From positions 6,647 to 70,646 of the forward strand of contig JBFWMD010000009.1 in assembly GCA_050251775.1 (NCBI GenBank): 64,000 nucleotides of DNA, written 5' to 3'. Of this stretch, positions 19,656 through 29,504 are shown piece after piece. The position numbers and the translations under genes were made by a program. This DNA comes from Desulfovibrio sp. (GTDB taxonomy: Bacteria; Desulfobacterota; Desulfovibrionia; Desulfovibrionales; Desulfovibrionaceae). Under the pieces are notes generated by a model that was not told the origin of the DNA, did not search any database, and saw only the letters and a list, made by a program, of their open reading frames with translations. The first letter of the stretch is position 1; each line of letters starts with the position of its first letter.

Positions 19656-20846
19656 ATGAGCATCTTGTCAGCGCAGATCAGCGGATATCTGGATCGGGCG
19701 TCCTGGATTCGGAAAATGTTCGAGGCCGGGACCGAACTCAAACGCAAATTCGGCGAAGACGCGGTCTGCGACTTCAGCCTGGGCAACCCGGACCTGGCCC
19801 CGCCCGCGGTCATGGTCCAGGCCGTGCGCGACCTGGCCGAGCAGGCTGATCAGCCCATGATCTTCGGCTACATGCCCAACGCGGGCTATCCCTTTGCCCG
19901 CGAGGCTCTGGCCAGACATCTTTGCGGCGAGCAGGCCGTGGCGCTCACGGCTGATGATCTGATCATCACATGCGGGGCAGCCGGAGCCATCAACGCCTTT
20001 TACCGCGCCGTGCTCGAACCGGGAGACGAGATCATCTGCCTCTCGCCCTATTTCGTGGAATACGGATTCTACGTGGAGAACTACGGCGGTACGCTCAAGC
20101 CCGTGCCCACGCATCCCGAGGACTTCTCCCCGGACCTGGAGGCTCTGGAAGCGGCCATCACGGACAAAACCCGCGTGCTTTTGGTGAACTCGCCCAACAA
20201 CCCCACGGGCGTGGTCTACACCGCCGAACAGATGCGGGCCCTGGCCGACCTCCTGGCCCGCAAGTCCGCAGGCCGGAAGCGGCCCATCTTCCTCGTTCTG
20301 GACGAACCCTACCGCTTCCTGACCTACGACGGCGTGAGCGTGCCTCCGGCCCTGGGTATCTATCCCCACACCGTACTGTGCAGCTCCTTCTCCAAAAACC
20401 TGGCCCTGGCGGGCGAACGCGTGGGCTACGCCGCCGTGAACCCGGAAATGCCCGGCAAGAAGGAACTCATTGCGGGCCTTGTGCTGACCAACCGCATCCT
20501 CGGTTTCGTCAACGCCCCGGCCATCGGCCAGCGGCTCATGGCCGCTTCCCTGGGGTCCCAGGTGGATGTGGGCGTCTACGCCGAACGGCGCGCGGCCATG
20601 GCCAAGGTCCTGGACAACGCGGGCATCAAGTACGCCACGCCCAAGGGCGCGTTCTACTTCTTCCCCCAGGTTCCCGGCGGGGACGACCTGGCCTTCTGCG
20701 CCGCGCTCCAGGAAGAACGCATCCTGGCCGTGCCCGGACGCGGTTTTGGCATGCCCGGCTTCATGCGTCTGGCCTTCTGCTGCGACAAAGCCATCATCGA
20801 ACGCAGCGCCGAGGGCTTTCAGCGCGCCACGGCCCGCTTCCAATAG
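19656..20846 (+). CDS. pyridoxal-phosphate-dependent aminotransferase (class I/II)
   Basis: ATG at 19656 follows AGGAGA. Motifs NPNNPTG-like (NSPNNPTG) and the PLP-Lys motif SFSKNLALAGERVGY. Confidence 0.9.
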   Translation: MSILSAQISGYLDRASWIRKMFEAGTELKRKFGEDAVCDFSLGNPDLAPPAVMVQAVRDLAEQADQPMIFGYMPNAGYPFAREALARHLCGEQAVALTADDLIITCGAAGAINAFYRAVLEPGDEIICLSPYFVEYGFYVENYGGTLKPVPTHPEDFSPDLEALEAAITDKTRVLLVNSPNNPTGVVYTAEQMRALADLLARKSAGRKRPIFLVLDEPYRFLTYDGVSVPPALGIYPHTVLCSSFSKNLALAGERVGYAAVNPEMPGKKELIAGLVLTNRILGFVNAPAIGQRLMAASLGSQVDVGVYAERRAAMAKVLDNAGIKYATPKGAFYFFPQVPGGDDLAFCAALQEERILAVPGRGFGMPGFMRLAFCCDKAIIERSAEGFQRATARFQ

Positions 20847-20850
20847 CCCG

Positions 20851-20888
20851 AAAAAACGACAGCCCCGGAACCTCGCGGTTCCGGGGCT
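20851..20888 (-). terminator. rho-independent terminator serving the minus-strand small ORF (also ends the aminotransferase unit)
   Basis: Stem AGCCCCGGAAC / GTTCCGGGGCT (20861-20888). The A6 run at 20851-20856 gives a U-tract on the minus strand. Confidence 0.7.
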
Positions 20889-20946
20889 GGATTATGGGGA
20901 AAGGACGCGTCGGCCCGTCAGGTGGCCGTGGCGTTCTCTTGCGGGA

Positions 20947-21114
20947 CTATCGAAGCTGGCTCAGTCCGGCGAAAATCGCCACGGACACGGCCACCCAGAA
21001 GACGGTCTTGAGGATTCCCGCTGCACGCGACTGGAACAGCCGATTGGAGAACCGCTCACTCTGCCAGATCGGGCCGGAGCCTTCAGGGCTCACCAGATAG
21101 CGGACCATTTCCAT
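20947..21114 (-). CDS. small single-TM protein (55 aa), paralogue of 22342..22527; below the ORF-track cutoff
   Basis: My own translation is MEMVRYLVSPEGSGPIWQSERFSNRLFQSRAAGILKTVFWVAVSVAIFAGLSQLR. GGAGG lies 7 nt upstream. It has its own terminator and shares SRAA...K(T/A)VFWVA(V/M)S...GxxQL with the second copy. Confidence 0.5.
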   Translation of the reverse strand: MEMVRYLVSPEGSGPIWQSERFSNRLFQSRAAGILKTVFWVAVSVAIFAGLSQLR

Positions 21115-21360
21115 GATTTTGACCTCCGATATTTATCGCGGCGAGATGCCGCGTTGCTCTCTTGATTTCGATCTGCCCCTGCGGCGCGAAAAAATCCAAT
21201 CACTTTTTTGCGCGTTGCGTCTTCTGATTTGCTGATCATGCTGAAAACGCGAATCCGTTCCAAGCGGACACGCGGGGGCAACGGAGAGTCGCCAACCCTT
21301 GGCCGCTAATTGAAATCCCCGATGATTGAACCTCTGGCGGAAACAACGTAAGAGTGAGGC

Positions 21361-22317
21361 ATGGAACTCTACCAGCTTCGCACTTTTGTGGCCGTGGCCG
21401 AGGAAAAACACCTCACCCGCGCTTCGGAACGACTTTTCGTCAGCCAGCCCGCTGTCAGCGCCCACATCAAGGCCCTGGAAAAAGAGCTGGGGGTCAAGCT
21501 TTTCCGGCGCACAGCCAGGGGCATGGAGCTGACGCGCGAGGGCGACGCCCTGAAACCCAAGGCGGACGCGGTTCTGGCCTCGGCCAGAGAGCTGCTCTAT
21601 CTGGCGCGGGCCATGGGCAACGAACTGGTGGGCAACTTCAAGCTGGGGCTGAATACGGATGTGGATTTTTTGCGGCTCAATGCGCTGCTCTCCTGTATGA
21701 TGGAAAAGCACCCGCGCGTGGCCGTGACTCTGCTGCACTCCACGTCCGCGCGCATCGCCGAGCAGGTGGCCGCGGGCAACTGGGACGCGGGTTTTGTGTT
21801 CACGCCCCCGCGCTACCCCGAGCTGGCCGCCATGCCCCTGTTCACCTTCCGGCTCTTTGTGGCCGGGCACGAAAAATTCCAGGCCGATCTCCAAAACGCG
21901 GGCTGGCCCGAGCTGGCCAAACTGCCCTGGATCTGGACCACGGCCAACTGCCCGTACCACCGGCTGGTGCGCAAAATCTTCGACGGACACAACCTCAGCC
22001 CGTCGCAAATCATCGAGGCGGACAGCGAAGCCGTGGTGCGCTCGCTGCTCAGCGCGGGCAAGGGTCTGGCCCTGCTGCGAGAGGATGAGGTGGAGACCCT
22101 TTCCCGGTTGGGAGGGCTGGCGGTCTGGCCCGGCGAATCCCACGAGGTCCAGGCCTATTTCGTCTACCTGCTCTCCAGGGAAAAGGATCCCATGATCCGC
22201 GCGGTGCGCCACTGCGTGGCCGAAATGTGGGAAGGGGCGCGGCTCGCCCCCCTGCGCGAAAAGCAGGATGAAACTCCCGACCCGCAGCCCTCAGAAACGG
22301 AGTCCCCGGGAGACTGA
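21361..22317 (+). CDS. LysR family transcriptional regulator
   Basis: MELYQLRTFVAVAEEKHLTRASERLFVSQPAVSAHIKALEKELG, plus a LysR substrate-binding domain. Confidence 0.9.
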   Translation: MELYQLRTFVAVAEEKHLTRASERLFVSQPAVSAHIKALEKELGVKLFRRTARGMELTREGDALKPKADAVLASARELLYLARAMGNELVGNFKLGLNTDVDFLRLNALLSCMMEKHPRVAVTLLHSTSARIAEQVAAGNWDAGFVFTPPRYPELAAMPLFTFRLFVAGHEKFQADLQNAGWPELAKLPWIWTTANCPYHRLVRKIFDGHNLSPSQIIEADSEAVVRSLLSAGKGLALLREDEVETLSRLGGLAVWPGESHEVQAYFVYLLSREKDPMIRAVRHCVAEMWEGARLAPLREKQDETPDPQPSETESPGD

Positions 22318-22341
22318 CCGTCAGGATCGGCGCGGTCGAGC

Positions 22342-22527
22342 CTAGTGCAGCTGGCCGATGCCAATGGAGCCGAGAATGGACATGGCCACCCAGAACACGG
22401 CCTTGGTCCTTCCGGCGCGCACCTGCGCCGCCCGGCTCCAGCCCCGCAGAAGCAGCCGCGTCAGCCGGTCCGAATCCTCGACGCCCACGATGAACAGTCC
22501 AAGGTCTCTGAATTCCCGTGCGTTCAT
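22342..22527 (-). CDS. small single-TM protein (61 aa), paralogue of 20947..21114
   Basis: Internal Met of ORF 22342..22662 preceded by AGGAGGAG. Sequence is MNAREFRDLGLFIVGVEDSDRLTRLLLRGWSRAAQVRAGRTKAVFWVAMSILGSIGIGQLH. Confidence 0.5.
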   Translation of the reverse strand: MNAREFRDLGLFIVGVEDSDRLTRLLLRGWSRAAQVRAGRTKAVFWVAMSILGSIGIGQLH

Positions 22528-22604
22528 GCGCTCCTCCTTGCTTGCGGTTGCTGCTGGTTTCCCGATTTCAGCCGCACCATAGCCCGTTGTCCGTCTCGGC
22601 ATCC

Positions 22605-22643
22605 AATCGCATTGTCCGAAGCAGGGGTTCGGAATATCCGATT
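22605..22643. promoter_or_regulatory. 39-bp dyad in the small-ORF/LysR divergent region (candidate LysR operator)
   Basis: AATCGCATTGTCCGAA-GCAGGGG-TTCGGAATATCCGATT. 13 of 16 arm positions are symmetric, including the perfect TCCGAA/TTCGGA and AATCG/CGATT pairs. Confidence 0.35.
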
Positions 22644-22676
22644 GTGCATCCGTGCGAATCATCGTATGCAGAGTGC

Positions 22677-23615
22677 GTGGAACTCTATCATCTGCGCACC
22701 TTTGTGACTGTGGCCGAGGAAGGCCATCTGACCCGTGCGTCCGAGCGGCTGTTCATCAGCCAGCCCTCGGTGAGCGCGCACGTCAAGGCCCTGGAGGAGG
22801 AGCTGGGCTTGCCGCTCTTCCGTCGGACACCCAAAGGGATGCTGCTCACTCCGGAGGGCCGGGTGCTCCTGGAGCACGCCCGCCAGGCCCTGGACGCGGC
22901 CGGCGGCCTGCTCTTCAAGGCCAGAAGCCTGCGCCGCGAGGTGCGCGGCACGTTGCGCCTGGGCCTGAACACGGATTCCGTGTTCCTGCGCGTCAGCCGT
23001 CTGGCCGCGCTCCTGGACCAACGCCACCCCCAGGTGGAGTTGAGCCTCAACACCAGCGTCACGGGCCGGATCATGGAGGCGTTGCGGGCCGGCAGTCTGG
23101 ACGCTGGATTCGTCTTCCACGAATCCGATCCCGTGGAATTCTCCTTTTTGCGGCTCTGCTCCTTCCGGCTGCTGATCATGGGTCCGGCCGTCTGGCGCGA
23201 ACGCATTGAACGCGCGGGCTGGGCGGAATTGGCCCGGCTGCCCTGGATCTGGACCCCGCCGCACTGCCCCTGCTACCAGCTCGGCGAGGAAATGTTCAAA
23301 CGCCGCAAGCTGAACCTGACCAAGACCATCGAATCGGATAACGAAAGCGTGGTCAACGACCTGATCATCGCGGGCAAGGGGATCTCCCTGGTGCGCGAGG
23401 ATGACGCCCGGACCGCCGAAGCCGCCGGACTGATGGTCCGCTGGCCGCGCGAGGCCATTCCCCTGCACGCCTATCTCGTTTCCCTGCCCTCCCGGGCCGA
23501 CGACCCCCTGCTGGTGGCTCTGCGTTCAGCCGTGGCCGATGTCTGGAAACCAGAGTCCGAAAACGTCTGCGAGGACGCGCTTGCGGACCCCCTCCGGGGC
23601 GCGACCCCGGCCTGA
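22677..23615 (+). CDS. LysR family transcriptional regulator (paralogue of 21361..22317)
   Basis: GTG start gives VELYHLRTFVTVAEEGHLTRASERLFISQPSVSAHVKALEEELG, collinear with the first LysR, including LPWIWT..CP. Confidence 0.85.
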   Translation: MELYHLRTFVTVAEEGHLTRASERLFISQPSVSAHVKALEEELGLPLFRRTPKGMLLTPEGRVLLEHARQALDAAGGLLFKARSLRREVRGTLRLGLNTDSVFLRVSRLAALLDQRHPQVELSLNTSVTGRIMEALRAGSLDAGFVFHESDPVEFSFLRLCSFRLLIMGPAVWRERIERAGWAELARLPWIWTPPHCPCYQLGEEMFKRRKLNLTKTIESDNESVVNDLIIAGKGISLVREDDARTAEAAGLMVRWPREAIPLHAYLVSLPSRADDPLLVALRSAVADVWKPESENVCEDALADPLRGATPA

Positions 23616-23714
23616 CCTTCTGACCGCTGTGGTGTCGAACCCCACTCAAGCCGCGCACGTCTTGCCTTCCGGGGACGTTTCCCTTACACCTTTGCCAAAA
23701 GATACCGAACGGAG

Positions 23715-25001
23715 ATGCCCATGAAGATACTTGTGGTCGGCTCGGGCGGGCGCGAACACGCGCTCTGCTGGAAGCTGCGTCAGAGTCCCCGGGTCAGCGC
23801 GATCTATTGCGCGCCGGGCAACGGCGGAACCGCCGCCGAGGGCCTGAACGTGCCCATCAAGGACGACGACATCCCCGCCCTGATCGCCTTTGCCAAGGAA
23901 AAGAAAATCGACCTCGTGGTGGCCGGTCCGGAGCTGCCCCTGGTGCTCGGCCTGGCCGACGCTCTGACCCGCGAAAACATCCCTTGCTTCGGCCCCAATG
24001 CCTACGCCGCCAATCTGGAAGGCTCCAAGGCCTTTTCCAAGACCGTGATGCATGAATCCGGCGTGCCCACGGCCCCGTTTCGCATCTTCGACGAATTCGA
24101 ACTGGCCCGCGACTTTGTGCGCGAAAAGGGCGCGCCCATCGTGATCAAGGCCGACGGCCTGGCCGCAGGCAAGGGCGTGGTCGTGGCCCGCAGTGTGGAC
24201 GAGGCCATCGAGGCCCTGGACGAAATGATGAACCGCAAGGTCTTCGGCTCCGCTGGCGACCGCGTGGTGGTCGAGGAAACCCTGCAAGGGGAGGAAGCCT
24301 CGTTCCTGGCTTTCTGCGACGGACTGCACTATGCGGTGCTGCCCTCTTCCCAGGACCACAAGGCCGTGGGCGAAGGGGACACCGGCCCGAACACCGGGGG
24401 CATGGGCGCGTACAGCCCGGCCCCGATCCTGCCGCGCGAAAAGTTCGAGGAAACCGCCGAACTGGCCATCCGGCCCATTCTCCGGCACATGGCGGAAAAG
24501 GGCCAGCCCTACAAGGGCGTGCTCTATGCCGGACTGATGTACACCGAGAACGGCCCGCAGGTCCTCGAATACAACGTGCGCTTCGGCGATCCGGAATGCC
24601 AGCCACTGCTGATGCGCCTGGACAGCGACCTCCTGGAGATCATGCTCGCCTGCATCGAGGGCCGCCTGCCCGAGGTCTCGGTCAAGGCCCGGCCCGAATC
24701 CGCCCTGGGCGTGGTCATGGCCGCGGCGGGCTACCCCAAAAGCTATCCCAAGGGCATGGAAATCACGGGCATTGCCGAGGCCGAGGCCGAGCCGGACGTG
24801 AAGGTCTTCCAGGCCGGAACCCGCGCCGGAGAGAATGGCCGGATCCTGACCTCCGGAGGCCGCGTGCTCTGCGTCACAGCCCTGGGCGAGGACCTGGCCG
24901 AGGCCAAAAAGCGCGCCTACCAGGCCGTGGCCAAGATTCGTTTTGATAACTGCCAGTATCGCCGCGACATCGGCGACAAGGGCCTCAATCGGCTCAAGTA
25001 G
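23715..25001 (+). CDS. purD: phosphoribosylamine--glycine ligase
   Basis: MKILVVGSGGREHALCWKL..., ATP-grasp body, EYNVRFGDPE. Confidence 0.97.
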   Translation: MPMKILVVGSGGREHALCWKLRQSPRVSAIYCAPGNGGTAAEGLNVPIKDDDIPALIAFAKEKKIDLVVAGPELPLVLGLADALTRENIPCFGPNAYAANLEGSKAFSKTVMHESGVPTAPFRIFDEFELARDFVREKGAPIVIKADGLAAGKGVVVARSVDEAIEALDEMMNRKVFGSAGDRVVVEETLQGEEASFLAFCDGLHYAVLPSSQDHKAVGEGDTGPNTGGMGAYSPAPILPREKFEETAELAIRPILRHMAEKGQPYKGVLYAGLMYTENGPQVLEYNVRFGDPECQPLLMRLDSDLLEIMLACIEGRLPEVSVKARPESALGVVMAAAGYPKSYPKGMEITGIAEAEAEPDVKVFQAGTRAGENGRILTSGGRVLCVTALGEDLAEAKKRAYQAVAKIRFDNCQYRRDIGDKGLNRLK

Positions 25002-25045
25002 CTTTTCCCCATTTCGCACCGCAGCGGCGGTCGCAAGGAGAGGAC

Positions 25046-25534
25046 ATGCCCCAAGTCGCCATATTCATGGGCAGCGCATCGGACGAAGAGAAGATGCGCC
25101 CCTGTGCCGAGGTGCTCGACACCCTTGGCGTAAGCTACCGCTTCACCATCACTTCGGCCCACCGCACCCCGGAGCGCACCGCCCGGCTCGTGGCCGAGCT
25201 GGAGCAGGAAGGCTGTCAGGTCTTCATCTGCGGCGCGGGGTTGGCCGCGCATCTGGCCGGAGCCGTGGCCGCCAAGACCACCCGCCCCGTGCTGGGCGTG
25301 CCGCTGACCGCCTCTCCTCTGGGCGGCATGGACGCGCTTCTGGCCACGGTGCAGATGCCGCCGGGCTTCCCCGTGGGCACGCTGGCCCTGGACAAGGTCG
25401 GCGCGCGCAACGCCGCCTGGTTCGCTGCCCAGATCCTGGCCCTGCACGACCAGGACCTGCACGCGCGCATCCACGCCAAGCGTCAGGGCTTCATCGAGGC
25501 CGTGGAGCAGGCCGCCGCCGAGCTGGAAGGCTAG
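25046..25534 (+). CDS. purE: 5-(carboxyamino)imidazole ribonucleotide mutase
   Basis: [30 protein letters not shown]. Confidence 0.95.
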   Translation: MPQVAIFMGSASDEEKMRPCAEVLDTLGVSYRFTITSAHRTPERTARLVAELEQEGCQVFICGAGLAAHLAGAVAAKTTRPVLGVPLTASPLGGMDALLATVQMPPGFPVGTLALDKVGARNAAWFAAQILALHDQDLHARIHAKRQGFIEAVEQAAAELEG

Positions 25535-25537
25535 CCC

Positions 25538-26530
25538 GTGCTCGCGGACCGGCGAGGACGCCGCATCAGCTATCTGCGCATTTCGGTCACCGACCGTTGC
25601 AACCTGCGCTGCCGCTACTGCACGGGTGGGATCAAGCAATTCATCCGCCACGACGACATCCTGCGCTACGAGGAGCTCCACGGCATCATCGACACCGCCT
25701 TTGACCTGGGCGTGTCCAAGGTCCGGCTCACTGGCGGCGAGCCGTTCATGCGCCTGGGCTTTCCGGATTTCGTGCGCACGATCCTGGAACGCCATCCGGG
25801 CATGGACCTGCGCGTGACCACCAACGCCACCCTGCTGGGTCCCCACCTGGAGAACCTGCGCAAGGCCGGACTCCGGCGGTTGAACATCTCCCTGGACACC
25901 CTGCACCCCAAGCGCTTTGCCGAAATCACGGGCAAGGACGCCTTTGCCGAGGTCTACGGCGCGATCATGCGCGCCCTGGACCTGGGCTACCAGGTCAAGA
26001 TCAACGCCGTGGGTCTCAAGGGCATCAATGACGACGAACTGCCCGCCTTTCTCGCGCTGGCCGGGGAATATCCCATTGACGTTCGCTACATCGAATTCAT
26101 GCCCATGGGCGGCTGCGGTCGCTGGGGACCGGACGCGGTCTGGCCGTCGGAAGTTATCCTGGAGCGTGCCCGGCGGATCGTTGGCCTGGAAGAAGTGCGC
26201 GACGCGGACCCCACGCGCGGCCCGGCCCGTGTCTATGCGATCCAGGGCGGCAAGGGCCGGCTCGGACTGATCTCGCCCCTGTCCGGGCACATCTGCGCTG
26301 TTTGCAACCGGCTGCGCCTGACATCGGACGGACGTTTGCGCACCTGTCTCTTCTCGGACAAAGAGTACCGGCTGCGACCGATCCTGCGCCATCCCCGTCT
26401 GGGCCTGCCCTACGCGGCGGAAGTCATGCGGCTGGCGACGCTGGACAAGCCCCTGGGCGAAGAACTGCTGCGCGCCCGGCGCGAGACGGAACTGGTCTGC
26501 TCCAAGGGCATGCTTTCCATCGGCGGATGA
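25538..26530 (+). CDS. moaA: GTP 3',8-cyclase (molybdenum cofactor biosynthesis protein A)
   Basis: GTG start. Radical-SAM motif CNLRCRYC and a C-terminal CAVCNRLRLTSDGRLRTCL cluster. Confidence 0.95.
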   Translation: MLADRRGRRISYLRISVTDRCNLRCRYCTGGIKQFIRHDDILRYEELHGIIDTAFDLGVSKVRLTGGEPFMRLGFPDFVRTILERHPGMDLRVTTNATLLGPHLENLRKAGLRRLNISLDTLHPKRFAEITGKDAFAEVYGAIMRALDLGYQVKINAVGLKGINDDELPAFLALAGEYPIDVRYIEFMPMGGCGRWGPDAVWPSEVILERARRIVGLEEVRDADPTRGPARVYAIQGGKGRLGLISPLSGHICAVCNRLRLTSDGRLRTCLFSDKEYRLRPILRHPRLGLPYAAEVMRLATLDKPLGEELLRARRETELVCSKGMLSIGG

Positions 26531-26939
26531 TCCCGCCGTGTATCCCTGCGCTACTGACCGAATTTTGTCTCCCTGATTTCACCTGAGTCCCGGGCCACAT
26601 TCCATGAAGGCAGCGGTCCGGGCCTTGAAATACGTCCCTGTTCCGCTTCCGGTTCACCCGTCATATATCTTCACATACAGCGATCATTCAACAACGCGAA
26701 CACTGGTGCAATATTGGCGAATTCCATTTTGCACACCCTTTTCTTTTCCTGTCGTGCCAGCACAGCGCGTACTCATTTTTTGGTCATTCCCTGCTTGTCA
26801 TCCTGTTTGTTTTTGATTTTCCCATGCTCGGCCGGCATTATTTTCCATTATGTAATGTAAGATTTTATTTGACCACACTGAACTCTGTACGTTATTAGCT
26901 CTACAGCATTGTTTTCCTAAATTGCATTAAGGAGGCAAC

Positions 26940-27335
26940 ATGGAAGATCATCTGAAAGAAGCACTGGAGATCGTCCGCGCCCAGGCAAGCGTTCGTACCA
27001 TGACCGAGGAAGAAATCACCTCCATGGTCCAGAATCTTGCCTCCGGCATCCGTTCCATCATGGACGGAGGCGTCATTGCCAGCGCGGAACCGCAGGACGC
27101 CCCGGTGGACCCCAAGAAGGCCATCCGGGAAAAAAGCATCATCTGCCTCGAATCCGGCAAGGCGTTCAAGGTGCTGACCAAGCGTCATCTGGCCAAGTTC
27201 GGGCTGACCCCGGACGAGTATCGCGAGAAGTGGGGCTATCCCAAGAAGACGCCGCTGGTTTGCAAGGGGCTGCAGCGTGAGCGTCGCAAGAAGATGAAGG
27301 AAATGAAGCTCTGGGAACGCCGGACCAAGAAGTAG
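26940..27335 (+). CDS. MucR/Ros family transcriptional regulator
   Basis: AGGAGG RBS. C-terminal LTPDEYREKWGYPKKTPLVCKGLQRERRKKMKEM is typical of ROS/MucR. About 400 bp of AT-rich DNA lies upstream. Confidence 0.85.
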   Translation: MEDHLKEALEIVRAQASVRTMTEEEITSMVQNLASGIRSIMDGGVIASAEPQDAPVDPKKAIREKSIICLESGKAFKVLTKRHLAKFGLTPDEYREKWGYPKKTPLVCKGLQRERRKKMKEMKLWERRTKK

Positions 27336-27386
27336 TGTTCCTTCCTGCCCGTTGGCAGGTGTGGTCCCCCAACGAGCAGGAGTGCG

Positions 27387-27416
27387 GGGCGGAGCGGTTA
27401 CCGCTCCGCCCTTTTT
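27387..27416 (+). terminator. rho-independent terminator after the MucR-like gene
   Basis: Stem GGGCGGAGCGG / CCGCTCCGCCC, loop TTA, then TTTTT. Confidence 0.8.
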
Positions 27417-27422
27417 CTTGTG

Positions 27423-27602
27423 CTAGCGGATGATCTCCACGGCCACCTTGACGTGGTCGCGACGGGCCGCGAGCATGCGCCATTCCCGGCGGCAGCAGTT
27501 GGCGTAGTGGTACAGGGCCTCGAATTCCTCAAAGCGCACCGTGCCCTTGAACTCGTCAAAGAGGATCACCGTACCGGGCCGGATAAACCGGTCCATGTTC
27601 AT
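27423..27602 (-). pseudogene. probable C-terminal remnant of a class I SAM-dependent (TylF-like) methyltransferase
   Basis: The 59-61 aa ORF (..RPGTVILFDEFKG..) resembles only the last strand/helix region of such enzymes. It starts right at the ald terminator, with no N-terminal domain. Confidence 0.3.
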
Positions 27603-27606
27603 GAGC

Positions 27607-27643
27607 AAAAAAAAAGCGGCCCGCTGGCAATTCAGCGGGCCGC
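27607..27643 (-). terminator. rho-independent terminator of ald
   Basis: Stem GCGGCCCGCTG / CAGCGGGCCGC. The A9 run at 27607-27615 gives a U-tract on the minus strand. Confidence 0.8.
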
Positions 27644-27676
27644 AGCCGAGGGGTAGGCTGTACAGGTTTCCGTCCC

Positions 27677-28783
27677 TTAAGCCAATGCCTGTTCCGGCGT
27701 CAAACTGTCCAGGCCGAGGGCTTCGCCAACAGCGGGACAGGTCAACTGCTTCTTGAACGTATTCAGGCCGAGAGCCAGACCGGGGTCGTCGCGCAGGGCG
27801 TCGAGGCCCTTGGCCGCAAGCCGCATGGCGTACGGCAGGGTCTGGTTCACAAGGGCGAAGGTCGAGGTGCGGGGAACCGCGCCCGGCATATTCGCTACGC
27901 CATAGTGGACCACACCGTCAACCACGAAGGTGGGGTTGTTGTGGGTGGTGGGGTGGCTCGTCTCCACGCAGCCACCCTGGTCCACGGCCACATCCACGAT
28001 GACCGAGCCTTCCTTCATGGTCGCGAGCATGTCGCGGGTCACCAGGTGCGGGGTCTTGGCGCCCGGGATGAGCACCGCGCCCACGACCAGATCCGCCTGC
28101 TTCACGGCCTCGCGGATATTGGGCTCGGTGGAGCTCATGGTCACCACGCGGCCCTTGTAGATGTCGTCGATGTACTGCAAGCGGGCATGGCTGACATCCA
28201 TGACCGTGACACGCGCGCCCATGCCCACGGCAATGCGGGCGGCATTGGCCCCGACCACGCCCGCGCCGAGCACGAGGACCATGCCGGGGTTCACGCCGGG
28301 CACGCCGCCGAGCAACACGCCGCGACCGCCCTGGGCCTTTTCCAGGAAATGCGCGCCCACCTGGGTGGCCATGCGGCCGGCCACTTCACTCATGGGGGTC
28401 AGCAGGGGCAGGGAGCCGTCGCGGCCTTTGACCGTCTCATAGGCCACGCCCGTGGTTCCGGAGGAGACCAGCGCCTCGGTCAGTTCCGGGTCGGCGGCGA
28501 GATGCAGATAGGTGAAAAGCAGCAGGCCGTCGCGCAGGTAACCGTATTCGGATTTCACCGGCTCCTTGACCTTGATGACCATTTCCGCGCCCCAGGCTTC
28601 GGCGGCGGAGACCATTTTGGCTCCGGCGGCCACGTATTCCTCGTCGCTGCAACCGCTTCCGAGGCCCGCGCCCGCTTCCACCAGCACGGTATTGCCCTGG
28701 CGGACCAGGGAACCCACCGCGCCGGGGGTCATGGCAACGCGGTCTTCCATCGTTTTGATTTCTTTGGGAATGCCGATAATCAT
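27677..28783 (-). CDS. ald: alanine dehydrogenase
   Basis: Internal Met [35 protein letters not shown] Rossmann motif, about 368 aa. Confidence 0.95.
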   Translation of the reverse strand: MIIGIPKEIKTMEDRVAMTPGAVGSLVRQGNTVLVEAGAGLGSGCSDEEYVAAGAKMVSAAEAWGAEMVIKVKEPVKSEYGYLRDGLLLFTYLHLAADPELTEALVSSGTTGVAYETVKGRDGSLPLLTPMSEVAGRMATQVGAHFLEKAQGGRGVLLGGVPGVNPGMVLVLGAGVVGANAARIAVGMGARVTVMDVSHARLQYIDDIYKGRVVTMSSTEPNIREAVKQADLVVGAVLIPGAKTPHLVTRDMLATMKEGSVIVDVAVDQGGCVETSHPTTHNNPTFVVDGVVHYGVANMPGAVPRTSTFALVNQTLPYAMRLAAKGLDALRDDPGLALGLNTFKKQLTCPAVGEALGLDSLTPEQALA

Positions 28784-29304
28784 CCTTCGCTCCTTTCTTC
28801 TTGTGCCGCCGCGGGCCTGCTGTTTCCGGCAAAGAGTTGCCGGAATTTTTTGGGCAGATAGGTCCATTTACGGCGCGCCTTCATGATCACAAACGATTCG
28901 CTTGAGGCGATGCCACCCACGCGGGAGAGGTCTTCATCCAAAAAACGATAGAGGTCGCCGATTTCCTCGGTGAGGATCACCTCCACGATGATATCGTAGC
29001 GCCCTGTAACCACGGCGGTCCAGCTGACACCGTCCAGCGCCGCGATCTGGTCCAGTTTTTCGCCGAGCTGGGAGTGGCTTTGCAGAGTCACCCCCACCAG
29101 GGCCACGGTCATGCCGCCCATGCGGTAGGGGTCCACGACCCCGACCACGCGCATCATGCCCGAGGAGAGCAGCCCGCGCAGGCGGGAGCGCACTGTGGGG
29201 GCGGTGATGCCGAGTCGTTCGGCCGCCTGTCCGGCGGGCATCTGCCCATCGTCGGACAGGGCCGCCACGATCTTCATGTCCAGCTGATCCGGGGCCTTTT
29301 TCAT
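28780..29304 (-). CDS. Lrp/AsnC family transcriptional regulator
   Basis: MKKAPDQLDMKIVAALSDDGQMPAGQAAERLGITAPTVRSRL, plus an RAM/ACT-like domain. A 4-nt ATGA overlap joins it to ald. Confidence 0.9.
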   Translation of the reverse strand: MKKAPDQLDMKIVAALSDDGQMPAGQAAERLGITAPTVRSRLRGLLSSGMMRVVGVVDPYRMGGMTVALVGVTLQSHSQLGEKLDQIAALDGVSWTAVVTGRYDIIVEVILTEEIGDLYRFLDEDLSRVGGIASSESFVIMKARRKWTYLPKKFRQLFAGNSRPAAAQEERSEG

Positions 29305-29443
29305 CCTTGCTCCTGACAAGCTTTGCTAATCGAAAATTGCTGATCTCTTTTCTATCTATTCAGAAAAAGCTGGTCAATATTTTTTTCGTTTAGAGGCTAA
29401 AATCACGTTTACGTAAATCGCTGCCAGTCGGTTGCGGCCAGGC

Positions 29444-29476
29444 AAAAAAAAGGCCCGGACCCCACTGGTCCGGGCC
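29444..29476 (-). terminator. rho-independent terminator of the MauE-rhodanese unit
   Basis: Stem GGCCCGGACC / GGTCCGGGCC. The A8 run at 29444-29451 gives a U-tract on the minus strand. Confidence 0.8.
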
Positions 29477-29504
29477 TTGAAAGGCCAGTAAAGCCGGTTC
29501 GGAG

